Positions 1 through 13,728 of a stretch of DNA of 64,000 bases are shown in pieces. How positions within the stretch are numbered: the stretch's first letter is position 1; each line of letters starts with the position of its first letter. The notes below the pieces were generated by a model. That model had not been told where the DNA came from. It saw only the letters and a program-made list of their open reading frames with translations, and did not search any database. This stretch comes from Octopus sinensis (Eukaryota), in NCBI RefSeq assembly GCF_006345805.1, contig NC_043001.1, forward strand, positions 100,688,001-100,752,000, given 5' to 3'. A program made the translations under genes and the position numbers.

Positions 1-1730
1 TAGCACAAACAGATGTGACCACTCTTTTATTAACACAAACAGATATGATCCCTTTTTTATTAGCACAAACAGATGTGACCACTCTTTTATTAGCACAAAC
101 AGATGTGATCCCTCTTTTATTAGCACAAACAGATGTGACTACGCTTTTATTAGCACAACAGATGTGACCACTCTTTTATTAGCACAAACAGATGTGACCA
201 CTCTTTTATTAGCACAAACAGACATGTTCGCTCTTTTATTTACACAAACAGATGTGATCCCTCTTTTATTAGCACAAACAGATGTGACCACACTTTTATT
301 AGCACAAACAGATGTGACCACTCTTCTATTAGCACAAACAGATGTGATCACTCTCTTATTAACACAAACAGATCTGATCCCTCTTTTATTAGCACAAACA
401 GATATGATCCCTCTTTTATTAGCACAAACAGATGTGATCCCTCTTTTATTAGAACAAACGGATGTGACCACTTTTATTAACACAAACAGATGTGTTCGCT
501 GTTTTATTAATATGAACAGATGTGATCACTCTTTTATTAACACAAACAGATGTGATCGCTCTTTTATTAACACAAACAGACGTCTTCCCTCTTTTATTAA
601 CACATACAGATGTGATCCCTCTTTTATTAGCACAAACAGATGTGACCACACTTTTATTAACACAAACAGATGTGACCACTCTTTTATTAGCACAAACAGA
701 TGTGACCACTCTTTTATTAGCACAAACAGATGTGATCCCTCTTTTATTAGCACAAACAGATGTGACCACGCTTTTATTAGCACAAACAGACATGTTCGCT
801 CTTTTATTAACACAAACAGATGTGATCCCTCTTTTATTAGCACAAAAAGATGTGACCACACTTTTATTAACACAAACAGATGTGACCACTCTTTTATTAG
901 CACAAACAGATGTGATCACTCTTTTATTAACACAAACAGATGTGATCCCTCTTTTATTAGCACAAACAGATGTGACAACGCTTTTATTAGCACAAACAGA
1001 TGTGACCACTCTTTTATTAGCACAAACAGATGTGACCACTCTTTTATTAGCACAAACAGACATGTTCGCTCTTTTATTTACACAAACAGATGTGATCCCT
1101 CTTTTATTAGCACAAACAGATGTGACCACTCTTTTATTAGCACAAACAGATGTGACCACTCTTCTATTAGCAAAAACAGATGTGATCACTCTCTTATTAA
1201 CACAAACAGATCTGATCCCTCTTTTATTAACACAAACAGACGTGTTCGCTCTTTTATTAACACAAACAGATGTGACCACTGTTTTATTAGCACAAACAGA
1301 TGTGACCACTCTTTTATTAACACAAGCAGATGTGTTCGCTGTTTTATTAATACGAACAGATGTGATCACTCTTTTATTAACACAAACAGATGTGATCGCT
1401 CTTTTATTAACACATACAGACGTCTTCCCTCTTTTATTAACACATACAGATGTGATCTCGCTTTCATTAACACAAACAGACATGTTCGCTCTTTTATTAA
1501 CACAAACAAACGTTTTCTCTCTTTTATTAACACAAACAGATTTGATCGCTCTTTTATTAGCACAAACAGATGTGATCACTCTTTTATTGGCACAAACAGA
1601 AGTGTTCGCTCTTTTATTAGCACAAACAGATGTGACGACTCATTTATTAACACAAACAGATGTGATTACTCTTTTATTAGCACAAACAGACGTCTTTTAT
1701 TAACATAGACAGATGCGATCGCTCTTTTTG
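1..1730. repeat. 30-bp minisatellite (consensus CACAAACAGATGTGACCACTCTTTTATTAG), runs off the window start
   Basis: Strict 30-bp periodicity is visible, about 57 units. Variation is concentrated in the ~8 nt after CACAAACAGA. Confidence 0.97.
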
Positions 1731-3084
1731 TTAAAAATTAAAGTAAAAAGGTTTTTTTAAAGTTTTTGAATAAATAGGACAATAGCTAGAAGTAACACTA
1801 AAGTGAATGGTGCAAAATTATCTTGATTGCAAAATAAGATAAAAAGTTCAAGACTTGTAATTTTGGTAATTTCCTTTATAAATATCTTGGGTCATAAAAG
1901 ATTATGGATGCTCTGTGGATACTCTATAGGACAACTACCAATCCAATTTAAAATACATCAACTAAAAATAAAAAACAAAACTATCCTAAAAATTTATAAC
2001 CTAACCCTATACACCCTGTACACTCATCTTTGGTCAAGAATTCTCAAAAGGTAAACATTGAATATTGGGTGAAGTATAAGCTGATGACTCCTATATAAGT
2101 TAGGTAATATAATAATTTAAAAAATATTTATGACTCTTTGTGAATAGAATTTAATATAATATGCTGTGATAGTCACATCTCTGAAAGGATTATGGAAAAG
2201 AACCTAACAGTTGACAAGCAGAATCATTTCACAGGGAACTTATCCCTATGGTACTTGAGAAGAATGAAAACTGAAGCAAATATTAAATACACGACCATCT
2301 ATTACAAGAAAGAATGACACAGTGTCCAATTCCATCTCATTCTTCATAGCTTCTTCAAATACGGGGATCAGTACCATTAGATGAATCACGTTGCCTGTCA
2401 TTCATAGTATTAATAGGGTTTATAAAACAATAAATATCTATTTATTAAAACAATCAATATATTAAACTTATGACTACGAGGAGTATATTATGACATGACC
2501 CTTAGAATAGTTTACAGGCACAAGAACCTAATAGTTAAATCATCTCCAGTGCATTCCCATGTAACTACATTGAAACCGTAGCTTGGTAAGATACAAACAA
2601 ATTGATCTAAAATAAAACTGTAGCAACATTTTTCTTTTAAATGCTTGCAATGATGATGATGCATTAAAGAATGTGATGGTCACACTTAAACCCTAATCTC
2701 TGTTTATAAAAGATTGATGTCAATTTTTATTTTGCATGTGATGTTGTAGATATTACATAAGCAAAATCATTTAAAAAAAATTCTGTTTTGTAAGCAAGCT
2801 CAGAGGGATTTCACTTTTTCACCAAAAGAAATAACAGTATTCTTAAGCATTCTATATGTTACTTTCATAAAAGAAGACCTCTCAGACAAATATGGTGAAA
2901 TGTTATTAGGAATTGTAAGAGAAATTGGTGGTTTCTTTTATAAAATACTTAAACCGTGTTATGCAAATGTTAAAATCACTATAAATAGAAGAGCAATGAA
3001 ATGTATTGAGGACATGCTTTCTCAGTGGCAGAGCTATATTTTCAACCTTCTAAATGCGTGCACACACACACTAATTGAAATCAA

Positions 3085-3225
3085 ATGTAAAATGCTTCCC
3101 AATCATTTAGTTTTGGTTTAGTCCCACAAAGCAGCACTTTGGGCAAGCATCTCCTGCTATCCCTCAATGCCAACCAAAGCCTTGTGAATGGATTTGGTAG
3201 ATGATAATTAAAAGAAGCCCAATGC
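3085..3225 (+). mobile_element. Degraded 5' half of SINE family A
   Basis: Diverged versions of motifs in the 26057 copy: gtccca..gcactttgggcaag and gccttgtgaatggatttggtagatg. Confidence 0.6.
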
Positions 3226-3231
3226 ATACAT

Positions 3232-4265
3232 GGAGGAAGAAGAGGAGACATCTGTTAGTCTTGCATGACCATTAATCTGCAATTTCAAAGTCTTTTTGTT
3301 TTTTTTGGCAGTACAGTATTTACCGTGATGTTAGATACACACATGTGAATGGCAGTCCTGACTACAAAATCTACACTCGAAGGCACTGTCTGTTAGTCCC
3401 ATCCTGGTACTGCTTTTGCATCAAATCTGCTTTTTTATTCTTCATCAGTGATCCTCAGCCTCTCATCTTGTCTGCTTAAATCCTTGACTATTTCCTATCT
3501 CCAGTGAGAATCATCATCAATAACGTCTTCCCACTTTTTCTCATTCGTATAAAAATATCTCGAGTCAGCCTTGCAAACAGCTTTGAAATGAACATTGGCA
3601 GCGTTCTTGTGTCCTTTTTTGCTAAAAGGCAGTTCACCATTTTGCAGGCTTGCAGGGATCCTCACATCTGACATGCAATATACATGACCCACGAACATAG
3701 TTGTTTTTGCAATAGGTCGAAGAGGTTGAGTGTTTGCATGCCAGCCACGACCTCATTGTGGGTGATTTGTTCATCCACTTGATGCCCTGAATCTATCTCA
3801 GGCTGTGTTGGTGGAAGGTATTGAGATGCCACTCCTGTGTGGAGTTGTTACTCCAGGTCTCACTACAATAAAGCTGTGTACCAAGGATGCAAGCTCTGTA
3901 GACAGCATCCTTGTTGTGTGCCATTAGCTGACTGTTCCCACTGGCACTTGTTGTCACTCTAGCTGGTTGAGGCAGCTTTTCTAATACATTAATTTATCTC
4001 AGATTCCAGAGAATGGTTATCCATGATGGTGGCCCCATGGTAATGTAATCTCCTGGACTGCTGTAATTCAGTCATTAATGTTGACAATGAGGAAGTATTC
4101 AAGACATTGGTACAGCAGTTTTGTATTCTTCAGACTGATGGTCAAGCTGAAGTATTGACAGATTCTTGTGAGGCTGTTCTTGAGGTGCTGTCCATGTTGC
4201 AGCATCTGCAAATAGCATGTCTTTGATGAGTGCTTTGTGTACTTCAGATTTTCCCCTCATGTGCC
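3232..4265 (-). pseudogene. RTE-clade LINE, decayed 3' part of the RT ORF
   Basis: Minus-strand translation gives VYRACILGTQLYCSETW...LNTFHQHSLR..GIKW...GHVYCMSDVRIP..LQNGEL...FKAVCKAD...WEDVIDDDSHWR. This matches the RTE C-terminal pattern (LLYGSETW / GHV.RM...RIPK...YGEL / DR..WR). Stops and frameshifts are present. Confidence 0.8.
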
Positions 4266-5189
4266 AACTTACAAGACACAGCCAAATAAGTTAACTCTTA
4301 GTATTAACAGAGATTTCTCACTAATACCACTTTGGTAAATCGGTTCCATTGTGGGACAAATTATTCTGCTATTTCACAGGATCTTTTTATCTAGCTCTCA
4401 TCTTGTCAGATCATTTGATAGAATTGTTTTCCATTCTTTTAAAATATACCCCTGTAGTAATTCCTCAGAATTAAATTTCAGATAGAATCCAAAATCAATA
4501 AAATATGTTTTTTTTTATGACTGTATTATGCAAATGGAACTTTTATTGACTTATAGAATGAACAAAAAATTCTATTATATTTTGCTTTGAAATCATAGAT
4601 TTAGTTTTTCTTAGCTTCTAGAACTCTTCCTTAGTACCTATTAACAATATTAGAAATCTTTAAAAGAACTCTACATATATTTCCTAGGGACTGTAGTCTT
4701 TTAAAATTTTGAAATTTCATTGTACTTCATCTGTATTTTAACAGTTCCAGAAGATTTGGAAGTGACATCAATCATGGCAAGATATGAACTTAGAGTAGAG
4801 AAATGTGTAACTAAACTGCACAAGACAATTGATCCATGACTCTACCATCTCCGTCACTTCCACCTTTATAATAGCCAAAACCTAATGCAGACAACAGTAA
4901 ACATAAGAAGGTAAGAATCTAAAAAGAAAATATTTCTCTTTTGAGGTATATTTCAATCTTTTAAAATAAGGAACTAACTCTATCAAGATTCCTTAAAAGA
5001 CACTCCTATCTGGAAATGAAAGGACATTTTCTATAAAGAGTTGCAAGATACTCTTTAAATCAGATAAATGCAAATGTTTGGGGTTTTGTTCTGATTTTAA
5101 ATATCTCGTTTCTTCCTCTTTCTACTTTCCAAGCAAGCTTTTACCTATTTTCTTTAATGCTATCAACAATCTGAAAATTTTGCTATTTG

Positions 5190-5620
5190 CCTCACTGAGG
5201 ATATCGCTTATTTCCTAAGACTCCAGAATTATAGATCAATAACTTATTTATTCAGAGAATAGAAAAATGCTAACATCCATCATAGCTAACCAAACACAAT
5301 CAATTCTTATCATCCATCTAAACAAAATGTATGTGAAAGAGGATCATATTGATACAATGATGCAATCTTTATTCACAAAAATCTCTTTAAGATATTGTAA
5401 ATTCAAACCCTGTGATCTCGGAATTGGTTGGATTGACGATAAAGAAATAATCAACATGTCTCTCACAAATCGACAGTAAAATTCTTTGACACTCACAAAC
5501 CATTCGCTGATTTAATAACACAAACCCGTATGAAAGGATTGCTCTGTAGATAGATATATATTACAATAATGGAAGCAAGCTAATATCTCAAATGCTACTG
5601 GATCACTCAAAATTTCATTT
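5190..5620 (+). pseudogene. Highly decayed non-LTR RT fragment (R4/Dong-like)
   Basis: Across frameshifts it reads QNYRSITYL...KMLTSIIAN...RGSY...CKFKPCDLGIGWIDDK. Compare NYRPITCL..YKLLTSII..EQKGC.RGS..L..AWIDYKKAFD. Confidence 0.5.
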
Positions 5621-6157
5621 ACATTCATGAGTAGAATGGGTCAAGTAAGTCAGACTAGTGGAAGCTTACCTTATGGCTATTAATTGTGGCTGACTTCAAA
5701 GGTCTGAAGATTTGGACTTTTAAAGGAGAGAACATGATCAGTTGTAATATTCAGATTTTTCTGGAGCTCATTTAACAGCATACATGTGAGGGAACGACTC
5801 CAATAGAAAAACATAACTACATTGTAAGCTGAGAGCCGGCTTCCCCACAGTAGGTCTTCTCAGTGAATGTAAATCTTTTCATTTGCAGTTGATTTGCTCT
5901 AATAAAGAATCGCTTTATTCAGAAATATAATCCTTTTGTTAATGACCACTGATTATTTCAGTAAGTTGTTCAAGAGAGTAATAGTCTAACAGAGGCCATT
6001 TAAGATGAAGGTTTATATACAAAGCATCACATGAACCCTGTATAACAACCACACTTAATAACAGAGTATAAAACCCATTAAGGATTTTTTACTGTTATAC
6101 AGTTTTATAGTTTATGATGCAGCACCAACTTTGTTGCCATATATTTGGCCCTTTATG

Positions 6158-6342
6158 GTGGTGAGCTAGTAGAGCTGTTAGCATACGGGGCAAAATGCAT
6201 TTTGTACATCTTTATGTTCTGAGCTAAAGTTCAATGCAGGTTGAATGTCCCTTTCATTCTTTGGGGCTTAATAAGTACCAGTTAAACACTGGGGTTGATA
6301 TAATCAACTTACCCCCCCCAAATTGCTGGCCTTGTGCAAAAC
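6158..6342 (+). mobile_element. SINE family B, diverged copy (variant with ttgctggccttgtgc tail)
   Basis: Head ggtggtgagctag..gttagca; core ctttcattctttgggg..aataagtaccag..ctggggttgat, as in the 62741 copy. Confidence 0.7.
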
Positions 6343-7101
6343 TAAATCTAAGACTAATATTTGGCCCTTTACATTATGAGTTCAATCTTGATAATTTTAA
6401 CATTTATCGTCTTAGGATCAATAAAATAGAAAACCACCCAAGTACTGGTCCTCCATTTAATTGCCTACATGTTTCCATTAAATTTGTAACTATGAATTAA
6501 TGTTAGAAATTAGTGTAGATACTCATTTCTATTTTCCCTTTTTTTTTCATTCCTTATATTTAATGTGACAGAATCTCAGACATTCATATTTCATTCTTTT
6601 TGCAAAATTACTGAAGACATAGAATAGAAATGCTGGTTCCTGAAAATAAAGAACTTGAAATGTATAACATATTGTTATTGATTTTCTGTTTCAGAGTCAT
6701 TACATAAATCTAGAACTTTACAAAGGAGAAGAACATTTAAATTTTCTCTGTAAAACATGGTATTTACCATTTTTTGTAACATTGCAGAATGTAAAAGCAT
6801 TAAAGCCCTTTCCTCATACCACAGATTAAGTATTGCTTCACAAAATATGCAAAAGAAATTGAAAAATAAATTGGATTGTAACAGATTCAGTTTTAAAAGT
6901 CAATTAATTCCTTAAATAATTGATGAATTGGATAATATCTATGTTTGTGTAATTTGCAGTGGACAATGTTGGCAATAAATTTTCTTACAATATTCCTGCA
7001 TTTAATGAAGTCTTTTAGAAATAAAATAGTGACATGGTACATATAATACTTTTTATCAAATGTGATATATTATAAATAAATTCATTAGAAAAAATTATGC
7101 A

Positions 7102-7350
7102 ATGCTGGTGACTTGTAAAAGGCACTGGTGCCTCTTGAAAATCACCTGTGTTGGTGCCACATGAAAATCACCCATGCTGGTGCCACATAAAACACATCCA
7201 GTGCCACTCTGTAAAGTGGTTGGTGTTAGGAAGGGCATCCAGCTGTAGAAACCATCCAAAAACAAGCAGTTGGAGCCTGATACAACTCTCCAGTTTGCCA
7301 GAACCTGTCAAATTATCCAACCCATGCCAGCATGGAAAACAGAAATGTTT
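7102..7350 (+). mobile_element. RTE LINE 3' UTR fragment (family C)
   Basis: Contains gtggttggtgttaggaagggcatccagctgtagaaac...ccaacccatgccagcatggaaa, shared with 53566-54332. Confidence 0.8.
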
Positions 7351-7354
7351 TATT

Positions 7355-7770
7355 TTATGTGGGGAGACCACTGGGGGCAGCAGTATTTAAGGTATGGCTG
7401 TACAAAGGAGGAGAAAAGAGAAATGATGACATCTTGTTCTCTGGATCAGAAGGTTCTTAGGATCTAGGAGCAATACTTATTGTTGATGTGGGCCCTCCAG
7501 CTGAGATTGCTATCAACAATTACTCCTAGGTCTCTGATATTGTTAGATGCTGTGAGTGGTTCCCCTGAAGGAAGAGAATATGGTTGTTTTAGCATAGTCT
7601 TCCTTCCAAAATGCACCAGTTCAAGCTTCCTCTTGTTTAGTCACACTTTCTTTTTCTCTGTCCATTGGGTTAGGATTAGGGCTAGGGTTAGCATGTATAG
7701 CAGACTGATGTTCAGTTCAGTCGTCTTCTCCATTGATTATTTTCTGGATCTTGGAGTCATCAGGAATATT
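7355..7770 (-). pseudogene. CR1/Jockey-group LINE RT C-terminal fragment
   Basis: Minus-strand translation: ELVHFGRK...NIRDLGVIVDSNLSWRAHINNK..ILRTF...LFSSFVQPYLKYCCPQWSPH. The RDLGV and LEYC..WSP motifs are typical of this group. Confidence 0.8.
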
Positions 7771-7934
7771 TTTACTTTGCTGGGTTTATGACACTTGAAA
7801 TGTCGTTTATATTGATTATAAACAGAAGTGGGCTCAAAACAGTCCTTTGAGGGGCACCACTGGTCACAACATGTTCTGATCAGCAGTGTATATGCATATG
7901 TGTATATATACGTGGGTGTATGACACTTAAAACC

Positions 7935-8185
7935 TAGTGGCACATAAAAAGCACCAACCATTCAAATGTGGTCGATGCCAGTACCGTCTGATTGCCCCTC
8001 ATGCTGGTGGCACATAAAAATCACTCACTTCACTCTCAGAGTGGTTGGCGTTAGGAAGGGCATCCAGCTGTAGAAACTTTATCAGATCAGATTGAGCCTG
8101 GTGCAACCTTCTGGCTTGCCAGTCCTCAGTCAAACCGTCCAACCCATGCCAGCATGGAAAGCAGAAATTAATGATGATGAGGATG
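7935..8185 (+). mobile_element. RTE LINE 3' UTR fragment (family C)
   Basis: Two gtggcacataaaaa subrepeats, the ggaagggcatccagc motif and a (GAT)n tail. Confidence 0.85.
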
Positions 8186-8255
8186 ATATATATATATATA
8201 TATATATATGCCTATCTGTCTGTCTGTTTCGCTCTCTCACTCTCTCTCTCTCTCT

Positions 8256-8345
<90 letters not shown>

Positions 8346-8359
8346 GCAGACAGACATAC

Positions 8360-8521
8360 AATAGGCTTCTTTCAGTTTCTGTCAACCAAATCCACTTGCA
8401 AAACTTTGGTTGGTTTAAGGCTATAGTAGAAGACATTTGCCCAAAGCACTGATCAGTAGGACTGAACAAGGAACCATGTGATTGGGAAGCAAGCTTCTTA
8501 CTACGCAGCCATGCCTGCACC
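8360..8521 (-). mobile_element. SINE family A, 5' half
   Basis: Reverse complement of the tRNA-like head through gaaactgaaagaagcct; ends at a microsatellite. Confidence 0.8.
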
Positions 8522-9689
8522 GATATATAAGTATTATGAAGTATACATTACTGTAAATGGAATCATAGAAACATGACAAAAATTCCTGAATGTACATACA
8601 TTGCAAAATTGAAGAGTCCCATGGTCAAACATTATGAAGAATTCTCTTCATGCAAAACAGTTATACCTCAGTATCATAGACGTGAAGATTAAAATAAATC
8701 TAAAAATATCTTTAAGCAATCAATAAAAGTCACGTAAAACTTGAGAAACACTTTGGAACCAATGTCAGTCATGTGATTGTTACAGAACAAAAAATATATG
8801 CAAAGTGAAGATCTGCTTCAGTTTCAATTCCTGGTTGAGGTTCGCTTTCGTTACAAATGTAATAATATTTGGCATGAATTTCAAATCTGTCATTCCTATC
8901 TCCCCCAACAATCATAAAGCTTGTAACTTTAGCAGAAAAGATATTAGAGAGATACTAGTGTCAATCATTGAAAGCTATATCCAGCAGTAAATAGGAGGAT
9001 TTGCTTTTGATATCAGTTATATTTCAGTAATATAAATTATTATCCATCATACTTGACTAATACAATCTGTCCCGATGTGCTGAATTATCCATATTTAATA
9101 ATTTACATAAATTTTTTTGTTTCATAATACTATTTTTATCGTATTAAAATATAATTTGTACTTGTCAGGTGTCTTAACTAGGCTTTGAGATATTTTAGTA
9201 CAGCAGATTGAAAAGTAGCAAAAACGAATTGTCCAGCTGGACTAAATGACTTGCAGTATTCTCTTTTACTAGTTCTACATGAGATATTAACAAAAGATTT
9301 GACTGAGGCCAACTTTGCTTCCACCGTTCCAATGTCGGTAAAATACCATTGTAGATATAATCAACTGTTCTTACCAACCAAAATTTGAAGTTTTTGTGCC
9401 AAACAAATAATTCTTATAACTTTATGATATTTATATCTAAATTACATATTAATTTGTTCATTCTCTGATTACAATTTAGTACCTTGTTTCTAGGCATAAG
9501 TATTGGTAAGCTAATGTAGTGATTCCTTATTAGTAAACTAAACTACTGGTATATCTATTATCCAAATCCAGACTGATTAATACACCAGTAACTTAGTTTG
9601 AAGTCTAAGAATAAGACATCTACAGTCAGATGTTTATTTTTCAACTTCATTCTGGAGGAATGACCGTTCTATATTCCCAGACATCCCAT

Positions 9690-10030
9690 AACAAATGAAG
9701 GGGAGGTATATTTGATATACAGTTTGAACAGCTGCAGGTAAGTGTCCGAGGAAAATGTTGAGAGGTGGGGGAGAGAATTCCAAAGGGTTTCATATTCTTG
9801 TGTAGAAGGTCTAAGCATAAAGGAAAGAGCATAGATTGTGAAAAGAAACAGAAAATGGTCAGAGGAAGGAAGAGGAATGAAATGGCTTAAATGACAGCAG
9901 CAAGGTATTAATGGTTGGGGTAAGAGGTAGATTGAGAAAGACAGCCCAGGTAAGGGCCTCATGGAAGGAGAGTATCAGTGAGTCTTTGTCTTGCATTTAC
10001 CTGTTCAGTTTCTTTTAACGTGGTTTAAAG
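9690..10030 (-). pseudogene. Possible very old CR1/Jockey-like LINE ORF 3' end
   Basis: ORF 9669..9962 contains LWNSLP...F...LQLFK, typical of these termini. Otherwise very degenerate. Confidence 0.35.
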
Positions 10031-10463
10031 GGTCTAGAGTGATGCATTCCTTTAGGTGACTGGGAAGGATGAAGCAAAGCATCAGGTCAAAAACACTAAA
10101 AAGCAAAGGTTTGAATCGTTAACATCATCTAAATAAATACTCTCCTCCTCTAATTGTTAAATGAGAATTGTATTTATATATATAGAAACACACACAGGTG
10201 TATATGTATATGCTTGCATGTAGGTATGTTTGTGTGTGTATGTGTGCGTGTGTGCATGTGTGTGTGTGTGTGTGCATGCTTTATACACATCAGCATAAAT
10301 CAGAAGCGCTGAAATAGATTTATAAATTACCAAGCCTTATTGTGAGTTAAATAAGAATGTAAACACATTCTGTTTTTGCACATCAACAGTGTAGAAAGAA
10401 TGTAGTCACATTTTTATTTAACCTGCAGCAAGGATTTATAATGTTTATGCATATCCATACGTA

Positions 10464-10503
10464 TATCTATATCTATTTATCTCTCTCTCTCTCTATCTAT
10501 CTA

Positions 10504-10569
<66 letters not shown>

Positions 10570-10571
10570 CG

Positions 10572-10638
<67 letters not shown>

Positions 10639-10737
10639 CTCTATATCTATCTATCCGTCTATCTATCCATCTATCTATCTGTCTATCTATCCATCTATCT
10701 ATCTATCTAACTATCTATCTATCCATCTATCTATCCG

Positions 10738-10783
<46 letters not shown>

Positions 10784-10901
10784 AATCTATCTATCTATCT
10801 ATCTCTCTCTCTATATCTATCTATCTCTCTATATCTATCTATCTATCTATCTATCTATCCGTCTATCTATCTATCTATTTATCCGTCTATCTATCTATCC
10901 G

Positions 10902-10978
<77 letters not shown>

Positions 10979-10980
10979 TT
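10464..10980. repeat. (TATC)n/(TC)n microsatellite
   Basis: Direct observation. Confidence 0.95.
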
Positions 10981-11439
10981 AACTATGCTTTATACATACA
11001 TATGTATGCATTCATATATATATAAGCATGCATGCCTGTGATTGTACATGTGTCAGTGTGTGTGTGTGTGTGTAACATTTTTGGTGTATTCTTCGAGGTT
11101 ATCACAATAATTTATCTGGTATTTGAGGAGGATTTTCTTAATGCTAACATGTCTTAGTATTTTCGTGTTTAGTTTCATTAAATAGTTTTCTTCCCTTGAT
11201 ATTTATCCATTCTCCTCTGGCCTTTCACTCTGTTGATCTCACAGCAAGCTTAATGTCACTACAATGGTATGGCGGATGGTATGGATAGAGAGAAGGAGAG
11301 AGAGAGAGAGACAGACAGACAGAGAGAAAGAGCTGTTGTAAGAGGAGGCCAAAGCTGACAAAGTAGTCAGACAACCCACTGAAAGGTTACACATTACAAA
11401 TCTGATTCTCCTGAAGACTGGTTTTAAAAGTTTCTCTAC

Positions 11440-11630
11440 ATGGTCACTCACCCTACTAGAAATAGCAGATAAATATCCCACAGCTCACACTCTACCATCT
11501 TAAAAGAGGAAAGACACATTGGATAAGTTAGTTAGAATTAAGTTAGAATGTTTTCTGACCAAAAGTCAGGTTCGTCATGGGTGGAATGTCAGCTCTGATA
11601 GAATTAACCAGGAGCTAAATAATAACCATA
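11440..11630 (+). repeat. Unclassified interspersed repeat (family E)
   Basis: Motifs gaaatagcag..aaat..tcacactctaccatcttaaaa..acacattggataa and tcatgg.tggaat recur near 32390, 39890, 49230-49430 (-), 58230-58360 (-) and 63530. Confidence 0.5.
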
Positions 11631-11779
11631 TGGTTGTTTTTGTTATTTAGCTTCATCCCAAAAATAACAAAAACATAGGTTCATGGTTTCAATTACTCAC
11701 AAAGTGTTCTCATGTTAACCTTGAGTCTTGAACCCAGCTGATCTATTATCAAAATTACTTGCAGGACGGCCTGCTGTGC

Positions 11780-12208
11780 TTACCTTGGATTGTAGGGTGA
11801 CCTGTTGTGCTTGAGGAGACCTATTGAGTCAAGTATATCAACATCAAAAAATCAAATGGAAATTGTAGTTGTGATACCTGTGCTGGTGGCATGTAAAAAG
11901 CACCATCTGAACGTGGCCAATGACAGTACCACCTTGATTGGCTTCCATGCCAGTGGCATGTAAAAAGCACCAACCGATAGTGGCCATTGCCAGCGTCCCC
12001 GGGCACCTGTGCCGGTGGCACGTAAAAAGCACCCACTACACTCTTGGAGTGGTTGGCATTAGGAAGGGCATCCAGCTGTAGAAGCACTGCCAGATCAGAC
12101 TGGAGCCTGGTGCAGCCTCATGGCTTCCCAGACCCCGACCAAACCATCCAACCTATGCTAGCATGGAAAACGGATGTTAAATGATGCTGATGATGATGAT
12201 GATGATGA
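11780..12208 (+). mobile_element. RTE LINE 3' end (family C) with three ~62-67-bp subrepeats
   Basis: Three gtg(g)ca(c/t)gtaaaaagcacc units, then ggaagggcatccagc and a (GAT)n tail. Confidence 0.9.
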
Positions 12209-12437
12209 CATCTTTATTTCTAAGTAGAATGGGTCGTAGGTCCTTCTTTTCCAGTATGTCCTCAAGTTCTAAAGATGATGGTGACTCATATGTGATAGAT
12301 TTAGTTGCAATTTCTAATAAGTTGAGGGTCCACATAGAGACTCCTTTGCTGAATTTCTTTCAATTTTAAGATAAGCCATTTACTGTAATAATTCTTCATG
12401 AGTGACATGACTAATCAATCTTTTATATCTAGAGCAG

Positions 12438-12945
12438 GGGTTTCCAATTGTGGCTCCCAGGGGCCACATGCAGCTTGTGTGTGTATGTGTGTGTATGTAT
12501 ATGTGTGTATGTGTGTATGTATGCGTGTGTGTGTTTGTGTGTATGTATATACGTGTGTTTATGTATGTATGTGTGTTTGTATGTATGTGTTTGTATTTAT
12601 GTATGTATGCATGTATGTGTGTTTGTGTGTATGTGTGTATGTATGTATGCATGTATGTGTGTTTGTGTGTATGTGTGTATGTATGTATGCATGTATGTGT
12701 GTTTGTGTGTATGTATGTATGTATGTATGTGTGTTTGTGTGTATGTATATATGTATGTATGTATGTATGTATCTATGTATGTATGTGTGTTTGTGTGTAT
12801 GTATGTAAAGATGCTTGAGGGCTCTCAAGCATCCTTACAGTACACCCTCCGCATGGTCTTCCAATAATAATTTTGTCTCTTTAATTCACTTGTGTGTTTA
12901 CTCCTTTTGGAGTGGACCCCTAAAAATCCAGGTTTGGGATCTAGT
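12438..12945. mobile_element. Possible hAT-type MITE interrupted by a (TG/TATG)n microsatellite
   Basis: tctagag|caggggtttccaa resembles a hAT-Charlie terminus and target. The right end (ggtttgggatctag) is degenerate. Confidence 0.3.
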
Positions 12946-13149
12946 CCAGATATTGAAAAGAGTCAGAATCACTGACCAAGATGTCTAGATTTATAAGAGA
13001 CCAGTTTGTTTATGGGGCTGGAATTTGCTATTTCAAATTTCCTCAAGTTGACCTTTCCTTACATTTCACTTTTCTTTTGTTTTTTTCATTCTTTCTTCCA
13101 AGAATTCTCTTTAATTACAAATTACCAGTTTTTACAAATTATCAACTTT

Positions 13150-13345
13150 ATATCTTTTATCCAACCATGCCGGAGTACCATGCCAAAGAATTTCAGTTAA
13201 ACAAATGGAGCCCCAGGATTTATTTTTTTTTAAAGCCTGGTACTTATTTTATCAGTCCTTTTTGCTGAAATGTTAAGTTACAGCCATGTAAATACACCAA
13301 CACAGGGTTGTCAAGCTGCAGTGGGGGGGGGGAACGGAAACACAA
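13150..13345 (-). mobile_element. SINE family A, degraded 3' half
   Basis: aagcctggtacttatt..ttttgctgaa..taagttac..acaccaacac.gggttgtcaagc matches the reverse complement of the family A 3' part. Confidence 0.65.
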
Positions 13346-13728
13346 AGGCACATAATACACACATACATACACACATACATACACACATGCATACATACAT
13401 ACATATATACATACATACATTCATACATGCACACATACACACACATACACATTCACATACATACATCCACAAACATACATACACACACACACATATATAC
13501 ACACACACATATATACACACACATACATACATGAATGCATGCATACATACATACATACATACATACATACATACATACATACATACATGCATGCATACAA
13601 ATATAGTTGGAGCACTAGGTTTTGTTAGTAAATGCTTAAAGGAGAATCTGGATAAACTGGGATTTTCAGAATGTGAAATCAACCAGCTAATTCGTACATT
13701 ACAAGTGCAATCTGTGAGTGGAAAAGAT

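Noticed and set aside
164-1708. Long ORFs (514, 393, 376 aa) in the 30-bp array
   Set aside because: A 30-bp unit without stops is open in several frames on both strands. Indels switch the peptide mid-ORF and there is no unique flanking coding sequence.
1-1730. CRISPR-like constant/variable periodicity
   Set aside because: The variable part is ~8 nt of related variants rather than unique spacers. No cas genes, and the context is eukaryotic.
4745-4910. Exon-like segment (ttttaacag ... aag|gtaaga)
   Set aside because: Stops in all three frames and no partner exons found. It cannot be supported without RNA data.
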